Below, piece by piece: positions 21,851 through 31,365 of a stretch of DNA of 64,000 nucleotides (position 1 is its first letter; each line of letters begins with the position of its first letter). The DNA comes from Candidatus Marinacidobacterales bacterium. Its GTDB lineage: Bacteria; Acidobacteriota; Vicinamibacteria; Marinacidobacterales; SMYC01. The stretch is taken from positions 5,120,001 to 5,184,000 of the forward strand of contig OZ250169.1 in the NCBI GenBank assembly GCA_965237955.1, written 5' to 3'. Under the pieces are notes generated by a model. That model did no database searches. It worked only from the letters and a program-made list of their open reading frames with translations, and had not been told where the DNA came from. Position numbers and translations under genes: made by a program.

Positions 21851-23596
21851 TTAATTGATTCTCAGCTCGATCTCACTTGCGGCCCGCCGCCCGAGGGACC
21901 GATCCTCGATGCGAATATCGATACGGTATGTCCCCGACCGTAGTACCGACATCGGAATGCGAAGAACGACCGGGGTGCCGCCGGGCTGCTCCGAGGCCAG
22001 CTCCAGTGGCCCGTCCTTGCCTCCGGCACCGACCTCGTTGTCACCGTCGTAGATCGTGTACGTCAAATACGCCCGCTGCGATGGACGTTCGCGCCCGGGA
22101 AAGACTTGGAACAGGACAAACGCATCGCTTCCGCGGGGTAGCGCGGGGGTGGGAAGGAGCGGAACATCACCTCCCACGTTACCGGCCCACTCGGGCGCCA
22201 CCACGGGCACGATGCTCGAAAGCCCGAAGCGCTCACCAAAACCGGCGGGAACGTGGATGGCGGTCGACGCTTGGTACAACTGCTCGCCGTCGGAGCTCAG
22301 TGTGATTTGCATCAAGTACGCGCCGGGCTCGAGCTCGACGTTTTCGACGAGGTAGTAGTGCGCCGTGCTGACGTTCTCTTCGAACGTGTGTAGCGTCTCG
22401 TCGTTTTGCGAAATCGTCACCGTCAACAGGCGGTCGTCGGCCGCCAACAGATCTCGCGGTAGCGCGATGCTCACGGGGACCCGAGCGGTGCCCGTTCCCG
22501 TCGGGAGAAAGTAGCTCGTCATCTCGACCGCGGCCGGAATTGCGAGCGAGGGCGCGGGTGTCGGCTCGGGCGCTTGCTCCTCCTCAGCTGAGTCAGCGAC
22601 GGTCGGCGTCGTCAGTGCGCGCGCGAAATACCCTTGCCGCGCAATGAGCTCGACATCCGGCTTAGAGGTGCGCACGTCGATGCGCCGGTAGGTGCCATCG
22701 GCTTCGGAGTTCGTGGGGACGTAGCTCATCAAGTAGTACCGTTGATTTTCTCGTCCAATCTGACGAAGCGGCGTCTCGAACGAGATGGCGTTGGGAAAGT
22801 AACGCCCCCCGGTCTCGGTGGCGAGCGGGGACAACCCGCCGGCTAGTGTGGGGCGGCTGTGAGCCCCACGCAGATCGATCGTGTACACGCTCGCGTTGGC
22901 CTGGTTCAACGACTCGACTGCATCCCGGAGCGCGAACGATTCGTTCGATCGCAGCGAGCCCGGTCCGGGGAACGTCAGAAGCTCGTTCGAGAGCAAAACG
23001 ATGACCTTGCGTCCGGGGATCTCGGCGAGGTCCTTCCCGAGCGCCTCGAGATCTCGGTAGAGAAAACCGGCGGCGCGGTCGGCACCCATCGGGTAGGGGA
23101 CCGCCATCGGGGTGAGCTTGCGAATGCTCTCGAGCGTTTCTTCTTTGCTCGCTTGGAGCTCCTGGGTGACTTTCGTCGAGAACCCGACGTTGATCACCAT
23201 CGCCTCGTCGCCGTCCGCCATCGACTCCACCACGAACTCGTTGAGCGCGCGTTTCGCCCGGACGAGCCATTCGAACGCCGCGCCCTGCCGGTTGAAAATG
23301 AAAATAAACCGCCGCGGGTAGGTGTTTAACGAGCTTCCTCCCGAGTTTGCTGGCGCGTCGGACGTCTTCGCCGCCACGTACGACGTCCAATCGGTGACGT
23401 CGAACGATTGGATGGTCTGGCGGACATCGTCTTCGTAGATTTCGAAGTCGTCCACTGTCAGATCGGACACCGGGTTTCCATCGGAGTAGAGCGCCAACGT
23501 ATCGACGAGGACGGAACTGACCCCGGTTCGAAACGTAGGCGTTTGCTCCTGGGCGACGGCCACGGCGGATAAGAGTAAGACGAGCAGCACTAGCAC
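21851..23596 (-). CDS. VWFA-related acidobacterial domain protein
   Basis: PTFRTGVSSVLVD, DLTVDDFEIYED, GRKVIVLLS, VYTIDLRG, LATETGG, YYLMSY..DGTYRRI..ARQGY. Confidence 0.85.
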   Translation of the reverse strand: MLVLLVLLLSAVAVAQEQTPTFRTGVSSVLVDTLALYSDGNPVSDLTVDDFEIYEDDVRQTIQSFDVTDWTSYVAAKTSDAPANSGGSSLNTYPRRFIFIFNRQGAAFEWLVRAKRALNEFVVESMADGDEAMVINVGFSTKVTQELQASKEETLESIRKLTPMAVPYPMGADRAAGFLYRDLEALGKDLAEIPGRKVIVLLSNELLTFPGPGSLRSNESFALRDAVESLNQANASVYTIDLRGAHSRPTLAGGLSPLATETGGRYFPNAISFETPLRQIGRENQRYYLMSYVPTNSEADGTYRRIDVRTSKPDVELIARQGYFARALTTPTVADSAEEEQAPEPTPAPSLAIPAAVEMTSYFLPTGTGTARVPVSIALPRDLLAADDRLLTVTISQNDETLHTFEENVSTAHYYLVENVELEPGAYLMQITLSSDGEQLYQASTAIHVPAGFGERFGLSSIVPVVAPEWAGNVGGDVPLLPTPALPRGSDAFVLFQVFPGRERPSQRAYLTYTIYDGDNEVGAGGKDGPLELASEQPGGTPVVLRIPMSVLRSGTYRIDIRIEDRSLGRRAASEIELRIN

Positions 23597-23711
23597 AAAA
23601 TCCTCCCAAGCGAGCGAGAAACCTCATTATAGAGAGGCGGCGGCGAAGCTTCCAAACGCGACGCGGTTATCTTCTATACTTGGGCGGACCAGACCGACAG
23701 GAGGATGTTGT

Positions 23712-24650
23712 GTGAGTGGATTCGGTGTGCCCAACGCCTACGGTGACCTGAAACGCGTGCTGATGCACCGGCCGGGACGAGAGCTCGATCTCGTGACGGA
23801 GCGGACGCTCGAAGAATTTCACTTCGAGCGACCCGTGAACCGGCAGCGATTTGCCGCTGAATACGACACCATGGCCGGACTTTTCCAGGCCCACGGGGTC
23901 GACACCCTCATGCTCACCGACGTGCTCAAGGACGACGCTGATGCGTTGTCCTACATCGCGCACCGCCCGAACATGACGTACACCCGGGATCTCGCGAGCG
24001 TGTTCTCGCGAGGTGCGGTGTTGATGTCGCCTCATCTCAAAGGCCGGTGGGGCGACCAGTTGATGCTCGGGCGCGCATTCGAACGGCTCGGTGTGCCCGT
24101 TCTGGGCACCATCGAGCCACCCGGGTTTCTCGAAGGTGGAGGGGTGACTTTCATCGGCGACGACACCGTCGTGGTGTCGCTTTGCGATCGGGCGAACGAG
24201 ACCGCCACGCACATGCTGCGGGAGCTCGTGCTGGGTAAGGACGTTAAATACTTTCTCGAAGTCCCACTTCCGTTCGGTCATATCCACATCGACGGCATCT
24301 TCATGATCCTCGACCGTAACCTCGCGCTGATCTATCCGGAATCGTTCCGCGTTTTCCCGTGCCGGCTCTACCAGGACGGGGAAAGCGAACCACGGCACAT
24401 CATGTTCGAAGAATTCTTGCGCGAGCGAGATGTGCGCACCATCGCGATCACGCGGGACGAGCGCCTCGACGGCCACCTGAACGTCGTGGTGACCAAGAAG
24501 TCCGAGACCGCCGTCGGGTTCGAGACGGCGACTCGGGTGACATCAGAGATGGCACGGCGCGGCTGGCACTTGGCGCCGTTCCCCGCGGACGAGCTCTTGC
24601 GCGGCAACGGCGGCGCGCACTGCATGACGTGTCCGATGGAGGTAGGATAG
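23712..24650 (+). CDS. Arginine deiminase / amidinotransferase family
   Basis: LKRVLMHRPG, NMTYTRD, LEGG, HIDG, GGAHCMTCP. Confidence 0.88.
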   Translation: MSGFGVPNAYGDLKRVLMHRPGRELDLVTERTLEEFHFERPVNRQRFAAEYDTMAGLFQAHGVDTLMLTDVLKDDADALSYIAHRPNMTYTRDLASVFSRGAVLMSPHLKGRWGDQLMLGRAFERLGVPVLGTIEPPGFLEGGGVTFIGDDTVVVSLCDRANETATHMLRELVLGKDVKYFLEVPLPFGHIHIDGIFMILDRNLALIYPESFRVFPCRLYQDGESEPRHIMFEEFLRERDVRTIAITRDERLDGHLNVVVTKKSETAVGFETATRVTSEMARRGWHLAPFPADELLRGNGGAHCMTCPMEVG

Positions 24651-24770
24651 GCACGAATGGGTTTATCCGCAGAAACTTTGAGCGAGACGAGTCAGTGACG
24701 CATCGCGAGGTAGAAGCGTTTCGGGAACAAGGCGCCGTGTGTCTGCGTCACTCTACCGTTGAAAAAGAAA

Positions 24771-25232
24771 CTAGCGGACGGCGATGAAGTCTATTTCTAC
24801 TGTTGCGCCGGCGGCTAGGCTCGTGACGGCGACCGTCGAGCGGGCCGGTGGGATTGTACCTTCGAAGTAGGTGGCGTAGACGGCGTTCATTGCTTGGAAG
24901 TCCTTGATGTCGGTCAGAAAGACCGTCGTCTTCACCACGTTTCCGAAATCGAGTCCGGTGTTCTTCAAAACCGCCGCGGCGTTTTTCATTACTTGATGCG
25001 TTTCCGCTTCGATGCCGCCCTCAACCATCTTGCCGCCGGCAATTCCGATTTGGCCGGCGAGATAGACGGTGTCGCCGACGTCGATGCCAGGTGAGTAAGG
25101 GCCTACTGGCTTGGACTCGCCGTAGACGGCCTTTTTTTCTGCGACCGGAGGCGCTGCCGACAAGCCTCCGACCACGAGTGCGCACCCGAACAAGAGACCT
25201 GCGCCTATCAAAATTTTGGATGTTGTGTTCAT
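24771..25232 (-). CDS. RidA/YjgF family protein with N-terminal signal-like extension
   Basis: GPYSP, YLAGQI, VVKTTVFL, MNAVY, PPARSTV, VEIDFIA. Confidence 0.88.
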   Translation of the reverse strand: MNTTSKILIGAGLLFGCALVVGGLSAAPPVAEKKAVYGESKPVGPYSPGIDVGDTVYLAGQIGIAGGKMVEGGIEAETHQVMKNAAAVLKNTGLDFGNVVKTTVFLTDIKDFQAMNAVYATYFEGTIPPARSTVAVTSLAAGATVEIDFIAVR

Positions 25233-25315
25233 GTCTTCCCCTTAGAGTTCGTGTGAATGAAGCGGCACGATATCACGCGCATTCGAGAAGGCAAGTGAGC
25301 TACACTTGCGCCCCT

Positions 25316-25453
25316 ATGTTGATGAGACCCGACCCCTCCGAGCTCGACGCGCTGTATCACGCGTCGTTCGAGCAAGTGCCGGAAGGGAACATTCTCGAAA
25401 TCATGGCGCGTGAGATCCATCACAAGCGCATCCTTCGCGAACGCTATCTCTGA
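25316..25453 (+). pseudogene. DinB-family remnant with internal deletion
   Basis: RPDPSE..Y..QVPEGNILEI (N-terminus) fused in frame to EIHHKRILRERYL (C-terminus); 45 aa. Confidence 0.6.
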
Positions 25454-25454
25454 C

Positions 25455-26780
25455 ATGGCATCGGATTCCGGCAACACCGTCAAGATCGGCGTGTGGACGG
25501 CGACCTTCATGGTCATCGCCAACATGATCGGGACCGGCGTGTTCACGAGTCTCGGTTTTCAAGTGTCCGACATTCCTTCGGCGTTTCCCATCGTTTTGCT
25601 GTGGGTTCTCGGCGGCGGCGCCGCTCTTTGCGGCGCGCTCGTTTACGGCGAGCTGGGAACGGCTCTACCGCGCTCGGGCGGTGAGTACCACTTACTATCG
25701 CGCATCATGCACCCCGTCCTCGGCTTTTTGTCCGGATGGGTGTCCGCCACGGTGGGCTTCGCCGCACCCACCGCGCTGGCCGCCATTGCGTTTTCGCGGT
25801 ATCTGTCGAACGCGTTTCCGGTGGTACACGTGGTCCACACCGCGGCAGCTCTCGTTGTCTTTTTCACCGTGCTCCATTGCGTCAGCGTCTGGTGGGGAAC
25901 TCGATTCACGAATTTCTTGACCGCGTTGAAGGTCGTCCTCCTGGTCGTGCTCATCGTCTCGGCCTATCGCGTGGCGGCGCCTGAGGACATCTCTCTGTTT
26001 CCACAGGCCGGCGATTGGGGACTGGTGGCCACGCCCGCGTTTGCGGTGTCACTCGTGTACGTCGCGTTCGCCTACACGGGATGGAACGCGGCCATCTACA
26101 TCGTCGGCGAAATGGAGAACCCGAGTCGAGACCTCCCGAGGGCCCTTTTCATCGGCACCGCTATTGTTCTCGTGCTCTACACGTTCGTGAACTATGGGTT
26201 CATGTACACGGTTCCGTTCGATGAGCTCGCCGGGCAAATCGAGGTCGGCTACCTTTCGGCCTCCAAGATCTTCGGCACGGCGGGTGGAAGTCTCATGGCG
26301 GTGGCGATCGCGCTCATCCTGACATCGACAGTCAGCGTGATGATCTACGTCGGCCCTCGGGTCGTTCAGGTCATGGGGGAGGATATTCCGATTCTAAAGC
26401 CGCTCGCGTACAAGAGCGCGCGCGGCATCCCGACCTACGCCGTCATCGTTCAATCGGCGATCACGCTCGGGTTCATCTATACGGCGACGTTTCAGCAGGT
26501 GCTCCTCTACGCCGGGTTCACTCTCACCCTTATTACAGCGCTCACGGTGACCGGCGTCTTTGTGCTCAGGCGGCGTGAGCCCGACATCGAGCGGCCGTAT
26601 CGTACCTGGGGCTACCCGTGGCCGCCGATTATCTTCCTGGTCCTGAGCGGATGGAGCCTGACGTTCATGCTCCTGAGCCGGCCCCAGGAGTCGCTCGCGG
26701 GGCTAGCCACGTTGATGCTGGGCCTCGTGATCTACGCCATCGACAAGGCCCGCACCCGCTGGCTGATACAGGAAAGCTGA
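25455..26780 (+). CDS. APC-family amino acid permease
   Basis: ANMIGTGVF, YGELG..LPRSGGEY, AYTGWN, RPYRTWGYP. Confidence 0.92.
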   Translation: MASDSGNTVKIGVWTATFMVIANMIGTGVFTSLGFQVSDIPSAFPIVLLWVLGGGAALCGALVYGELGTALPRSGGEYHLLSRIMHPVLGFLSGWVSATVGFAAPTALAAIAFSRYLSNAFPVVHVVHTAAALVVFFTVLHCVSVWWGTRFTNFLTALKVVLLVVLIVSAYRVAAPEDISLFPQAGDWGLVATPAFAVSLVYVAFAYTGWNAAIYIVGEMENPSRDLPRALFIGTAIVLVLYTFVNYGFMYTVPFDELAGQIEVGYLSASKIFGTAGGSLMAVAIALILTSTVSVMIYVGPRVVQVMGEDIPILKPLAYKSARGIPTYAVIVQSAITLGFIYTATFQQVLLYAGFTLTLITALTVTGVFVLRRREPDIERPYRTWGYPWPPIIFLVLSGWSLTFMLLSRPQESLAGLATLMLGLVIYAIDKARTRWLIQES

Positions 26781-26820
26781 AGACTCGTACGGCCTCCGGA
26801 CCTGGTCAATCATAAAGTTC

Positions 26821-27006
26821 CGGGCGACGAGCCCGTGAAGGCGCTCGTCATCTGGGCGCCGGGGGTGAAGCGGGTCGTGTTCTCCAGAACTGGGAGAAAC
26901 AGACGTGAGCCTGGCTAGACGCGATGAATAGGCTGATTGCGTAATAGCTAAACATCCTACGGGGCGGGAGGATCCGACGATTCGTACCAGGATTCAACGA
27001 TTTGGA
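26821..27006 (+). repeat. Diverged direct repeat copy 1 (cupin-like C-terminal remnant plus trailer)
   Basis: Aligns with 32921-33097, including identical tcgtgttctccagaactgggagaaacag and ggaggatccgacgattcgta. Confidence 0.9.
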
Positions 27007-27197
27007 TCGGCTTTGGTGCATGGCGAATCGAGCCATGCAACAAAGCCCCTTGGCGTCCGTTCTCGTTTTCGGACAGGACGGCCTGCTAGACGCCTCCTTC
27101 GCCGACGCCACCACCAGGAGGAGAGCCTCGACGCTGTGTTAAGATCGCCGCGCTGTCTCCCTGCCCCACGAGATACGATGAGATAAGAAGAGACAAG

Positions 27198-28211
27198 ATG
27201 CCTATTGACAACGACATCCGCCACGACTGGTCCGTGGACGAAGTGCAGACGATCTACGGGCAGCCCGTCCTGTCGCTGCTTTACCAAGCCGCCTCGCTCC
27301 ACCGACGGTTTCACGACCCCACCGAGGTCCAGGTCTGCACTCTTCTGTCGGTCAAAACGGGTGGTTGTCCGGAAGACTGCGCCTATTGCCCGCAGTCGAG
27401 CCGGTACGAGACCGGTGTGAAACCTCACGCGCTGCTTTCCATGGATGAAGTCCTCGACGCCGCCCAAAAAGCGAAGGCGTCCGGCTCGACCCGCTTTTGC
27501 ATGGGCGCCGCGTGGCGCGACGTGCGGGACAACGAGGACTTCGAAGCAATTCTGAAGATGGTCCACGCGGTTCGGGACCTCGAACTGGAGGTCTGCTGCA
27601 CCCTCGGGATGCTCAAACCGGAGCAAGCGCGCCGCCTCAAGGAGGCCGGATTGACCGCGTACAACCACAACTTGGACACCAGCGAATCTTTCTATGCGGA
27701 GATCATCAGCACGCGTAGCTATCAGGAAAGACTCGACACCCTAAAGGCGGTTCGCCACGCGGGCTTGACGGTTTGCTGCGGTGGCATCGTCGGCATGGGA
27801 GAAAGCGAGTCCGATCGCATCGAGATGCTACAGACCCTGGCGACCCTCGAGCCACACCCTGAGTCCGTGCCCGTCAACTTGCTGGTTGCGGTAGAAGGGA
27901 CGCCGCTTGCGAGCTCCAAGCCGGTACCGACCTGGGACATGATCCGGATGATCGCCACGGCGAGGATCCTCATGCCTTCGTCCATGGTGAGGCTTTCCGC
28001 GGGGCGCTTGAATATGTCCCCGGAAGCCCAGGCTCTCTGCTTTCTCGCCGGCGCGAACTCCATCTTCGCCGGTGAGAAGTTGCTGACGACGCCCAATCCG
28101 TCACGAAGTGAGGACGATTTTCTGTTCGATCAGCTTGGCTTGATGGCCAAGCCAGCCTTCGATCACGCTGTAGGTGCTTCTCCGCCTGGTGTAAGAGATG
28201 CCGGACGCTGA
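27198..28211 (+). CDS. bioB: Biotin synthase
   Basis: Radical SAM CPEDCAYC, RFCMGAAWR, YNHNLDTS, PESVPVN, VRLSAGR, GANSIF. Confidence 0.97.
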   Translation: MPIDNDIRHDWSVDEVQTIYGQPVLSLLYQAASLHRRFHDPTEVQVCTLLSVKTGGCPEDCAYCPQSSRYETGVKPHALLSMDEVLDAAQKAKASGSTRFCMGAAWRDVRDNEDFEAILKMVHAVRDLELEVCCTLGMLKPEQARRLKEAGLTAYNHNLDTSESFYAEIISTRSYQERLDTLKAVRHAGLTVCCGGIVGMGESESDRIEMLQTLATLEPHPESVPVNLLVAVEGTPLASSKPVPTWDMIRMIATARILMPSSMVRLSAGRLNMSPEAQALCFLAGANSIFAGEKLLTTPNPSRSEDDFLFDQLGLMAKPAFDHAVGASPPGVRDAGR

Positions 28212-29367
28212 TTTAGAAGCCTACCTGAGGACAGCGATCGAGGAGAGAAAAGCCGCCAACGCTCTGCGGGCTCTGACCTTGCCCGGCGACCGCATCGATT
28301 TCTGCTCGAACGACTACCTCGGTTTCGCGCGTTCTCCCCAACTTCGCAGCATGGTGCAGGAACGCCATGCCCGTCGCGAAAACGACTTCCTGGGTTCCAC
28401 CGGGTCGCGCCTGATCAGCGGAAACTCCGTGCTCTGCGAATCGTTGGAAGCACGGATTGCCGATTTTCACGGAGCCGAAGCGGGCCTGATCTTCAACTCC
28501 GGCTACGATGCCAACCTCGGCTTGATCTCCTGCGTTCCTCAACGCTCGGATACGGTCCTTTACGACGGGCTCGCGCACGCCTCGATCCGCGACGGCCTCC
28601 GTCTGACATTCGCTAAGTCCTACTCGTTTCGCCACAACGACCTGGATGACCTGAAGCAGAAGATCGGCCTAGGTCGAGGGCAAGTGTTCGTCGCCGTCGA
28701 GTCGATCTACTCGATGGATGGCGACGCCGCGCCCTTACCGGAAATGGCGGAGCTCTGCCGAGACCACAGTTGTCACTTGATCGTTGACGAGGCGCACGCG
28801 ACGGGGGTCTTCGGGCCCGGCGGGCGAGGCCGAACCGTCGAGCTCGGCCTCACCGACCAGGTCTTCGCCCGCGTCCACACGTTCGGAAAGGGATTGGGAA
28901 GCCATGGCGCCATCGTTCTCGGTTCCGATTCGCTTCGGACGTTCCTCATCAACTTTGCGCGCTCGTTCATCTACACGACTTTCTTGCCGCCCCACAGTCT
29001 CTTGGCCATTCAGTCCGCTTACGACGTGCTCGGTGAATCCCAGAGACTCGTCGAGAACCTGCACGACAATATCCAGCTCTTTCGTTCGGGGATACCGGCG
29101 GAGCTCGGCAAGTCGTTCATCGAAAGCGATAGCCCCATCCAGTGCTTGCTGATTTCGGGGAATGAGCGCGTCAGGCACGCCGCCCGCTACTTGGGGGGCG
29201 AAGGCTTCGACGTGCGGCCCATCCTGTCACCGACGGTGCCGCGGGGAAAAGAACGGTTGAGGATTTGCCTCCATGCCTTCAATACACCGAAGGACATTCA
29301 ACGTCTGACCGAGCTCCTGAGAACCTGCCTCCAGGATGCAGCGCGGCCGGCGGTGGCCGGGTCATGA
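28198..29367 (+). CDS. bioF: 8-amino-7-oxononanoate synthase
   Basis: SNDYLG, SGYDAN, HASIRDG, SMDGD, VDEAHA, TFGKGLG. Confidence 0.95.
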   Translation: MPDADLEAYLRTAIEERKAANALRALTLPGDRIDFCSNDYLGFARSPQLRSMVQERHARRENDFLGSTGSRLISGNSVLCESLEARIADFHGAEAGLIFNSGYDANLGLISCVPQRSDTVLYDGLAHASIRDGLRLTFAKSYSFRHNDLDDLKQKIGLGRGQVFVAVESIYSMDGDAAPLPEMAELCRDHSCHLIVDEAHATGVFGPGGRGRTVELGLTDQVFARVHTFGKGLGSHGAIVLGSDSLRTFLINFARSFIYTTFLPPHSLLAIQSAYDVLGESQRLVENLHDNIQLFRSGIPAELGKSFIESDSPIQCLLISGNERVRHAARYLGGEGFDVRPILSPTVPRGKERLRICLHAFNTPKDIQRLTELLRTCLQDAARPAVAGS

Positions 29368-30017
29368 GACCGATCTTCGTGACCGGAATCGGGACCGAGG
29401 TGGGCAAGACGGTCGTCTCGGCCATCTTCGTCGAAGCATTGTGTGCGGACTACTGGAAACCCGTTCAGGCCGGCGATTTGGAAGAGACCGACACCGATCG
29501 CGTGAGGAAGCTCGTCACCAACAAGCTCTCGCACTTTCATCCCGAGACCGTGCGCTTGCGGATACCCGCGTCCCCGCACGCCGCGGCCAAATTGGAGGGA
29601 CGGAAGATCGATCTCGATAGGTTCGAGCTTCCTTCAGCTACTCGAGGAAGGCCTCTCGTCATCGAAGGTGCCGGTGGGGTGCTCGTACCGATCAACGAAC
29701 GCCATTCGATGGTGGATCTCATCGCGAAGCTCCGCTGCGAGACCGTCGTGGTCTCTAGAAATTACCTGGGAAGCATCAACCACACGCTCTTGACCATCGA
29801 AGCACTGCGGCGGCGCGGAATCAAGATACTCGGTCTCGTTTTCAATGGCGCAGAAAACTCCGAGACCGAGTCCGTGATCCTGAGCAGGACCGGCGTCGCC
29901 CTCTTGGGATGCGTTCGATGGGAAGCGACGCTCACCCCGGAGCTCATTCGACGTTATGCAGACGAATTCGCGCCCGCATGGGCCCGCCACGGTCGGCAGC
30001 GGGCGGTCGGCACGTAG
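29364..30017 (+). CDS. bioD: Dethiobiotin synthase
   Basis: VTGIGTEVGKT, WKPVQAG, IEGAGG, LGSINHTLL. Confidence 0.95.
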   Translation: MRPIFVTGIGTEVGKTVVSAIFVEALCADYWKPVQAGDLEETDTDRVRKLVTNKLSHFHPETVRLRIPASPHAAAKLEGRKIDLDRFELPSATRGRPLVIEGAGGVLVPINERHSMVDLIAKLRCETVVVSRNYLGSINHTLLTIEALRRRGIKILGLVFNGAENSETESVILSRTGVALLGCVRWEATLTPELIRRYADEFAPAWARHGRQRAVGT

Positions 30018-30074
30018 CGCAACGGGCCATTTAGACATATCAGGCGCACTAAGCTTCTTTCACTTCTGAAAAAG

Positions 30075-31361
30075 ATGAATCTGGTCGAACGCGATCGCCG
30101 GGCGATCTGGCACCCTTACACCCAGATGAAAACCGCCGATCCACCGATTGCCATCACACGCGGCGAAGGCACCTTGCTGTTCGATGAGGACGGCCGCGCC
30201 TACATCGATGCCATCTCGTCATGGTGGGTCTGCCTGCACGGGCATTCCCATCCTCACATCGCCAAGAAAATTCAGGAGCAGCTGGCGCGCTTGGACCACG
30301 TCCTCTTCGCCGGATTCACTCACGCCCCCGCAGTAGCGCTGGCGGAACGGCTGCTTCAAAAAATGCCCAAGAACCACTCAAAGTTGTTCTTCTCGGACAA
30401 CGGATCCACGGCGGTCGAGGTGGGTCTCAAGATGGCGATTCAGTACTGGGTGAATCGCGGCATAGAGAAACGGCGCATCATTGCCCTCGAGAACGGCTAT
30501 CACGGAGATACGTTCGGAGCCATGTCGGCGAGCGGCAGAGGCGCCTTCGTCCAACCCTTCGCACCCTTTCTCTTCGAGGTGAGCCACCTTCCGGCACCCA
30601 CTCCGGGCCACGAAGAAGAAACGCTGGCCGCATTGAAGAACGTGCTGAGCAACGGAGACGTCGCTGCGTTCATCTTCGAGCCCTTGGTGCAAGGCGCTGG
30701 CGGAATGATCATGTATGCTCCGGATGTTCTGAAGGATCTCCTCACTCTATGCAGACAACACGACGTCGTTACCATTGCCGACGAAGTGATGACCGGGTTC
30801 GGACGGTGCGGCCGATTCCTGGCAGTCGACCACCAGGATGTACCTCCGGATATCGTTTGCCTGTCGAAAGGGCTTACCGGCGGTACGCTCCCGATGGGAG
30901 CTACGAGCTGCTCGGGTAACATTTACGAGGCGTTTCACTCGGAGGACAAGAGGCACACGTTTTTCCACGGGCACTCCTTCGCGGCGAATCCCGTCGGATG
31001 TGCAACCGCTCTCGCCAGTCTGGACCTTCTGGAGCGCGACGCGTGCTGGGAAGACATTCGACGCATCGAGGCGCGTCACAGGGAGCAGATCGAGGCATTC
31101 CGAGATCACCGTTTGGTGCGAGACGCGCGTCAGACTGGCACTATTCTGGCCGTGGAGATCGACTCTGGAAGCGAGACCTCCTATTTCAACGAGATTCGCG
31201 ACCAGCTCTATCGCTCCTTCCTCGAAAAGGGCGTCCTACTCCGCCCGCTCGGCAACGTGGTCTACGTACTGCCTCCGTACTGTATCTCCGACGAGCAGCT
31301 CGACACCGTCTACCACAGTATTGAAGATGCCCTCGAGGCTCTTGCCCAGCAGAGAATATGA
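30075..31361 (+). CDS. bioA: Adenosylmethionine-8-amino-7-oxononanoate aminotransferase
   Basis: IWHPYTQ, DAISSWW, GYHGDT, DEVMTGFGR, LSKGLTGG, LRPLGN. Confidence 0.96.
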   Translation: MNLVERDRRAIWHPYTQMKTADPPIAITRGEGTLLFDEDGRAYIDAISSWWVCLHGHSHPHIAKKIQEQLARLDHVLFAGFTHAPAVALAERLLQKMPKNHSKLFFSDNGSTAVEVGLKMAIQYWVNRGIEKRRIIALENGYHGDTFGAMSASGRGAFVQPFAPFLFEVSHLPAPTPGHEEETLAALKNVLSNGDVAAFIFEPLVQGAGGMIMYAPDVLKDLLTLCRQHDVVTIADEVMTGFGRCGRFLAVDHQDVPPDIVCLSKGLTGGTLPMGATSCSGNIYEAFHSEDKRHTFFHGHSFAANPVGCATALASLDLLERDACWEDIRRIEARHREQIEAFRDHRLVRDARQTGTILAVEIDSGSETSYFNEIRDQLYRSFLEKGVLLRPLGNVVYVLPPYCISDEQLDTVYHSIEDALEALAQQRI

Positions 31362-31365
31362 GGCC

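Noticed and set aside
30838-31365. N-terminal extension of the ketosynthase ORF
   Set aside because: It overlaps bioA out of frame; the ketosynthase fold starts at about 31366.
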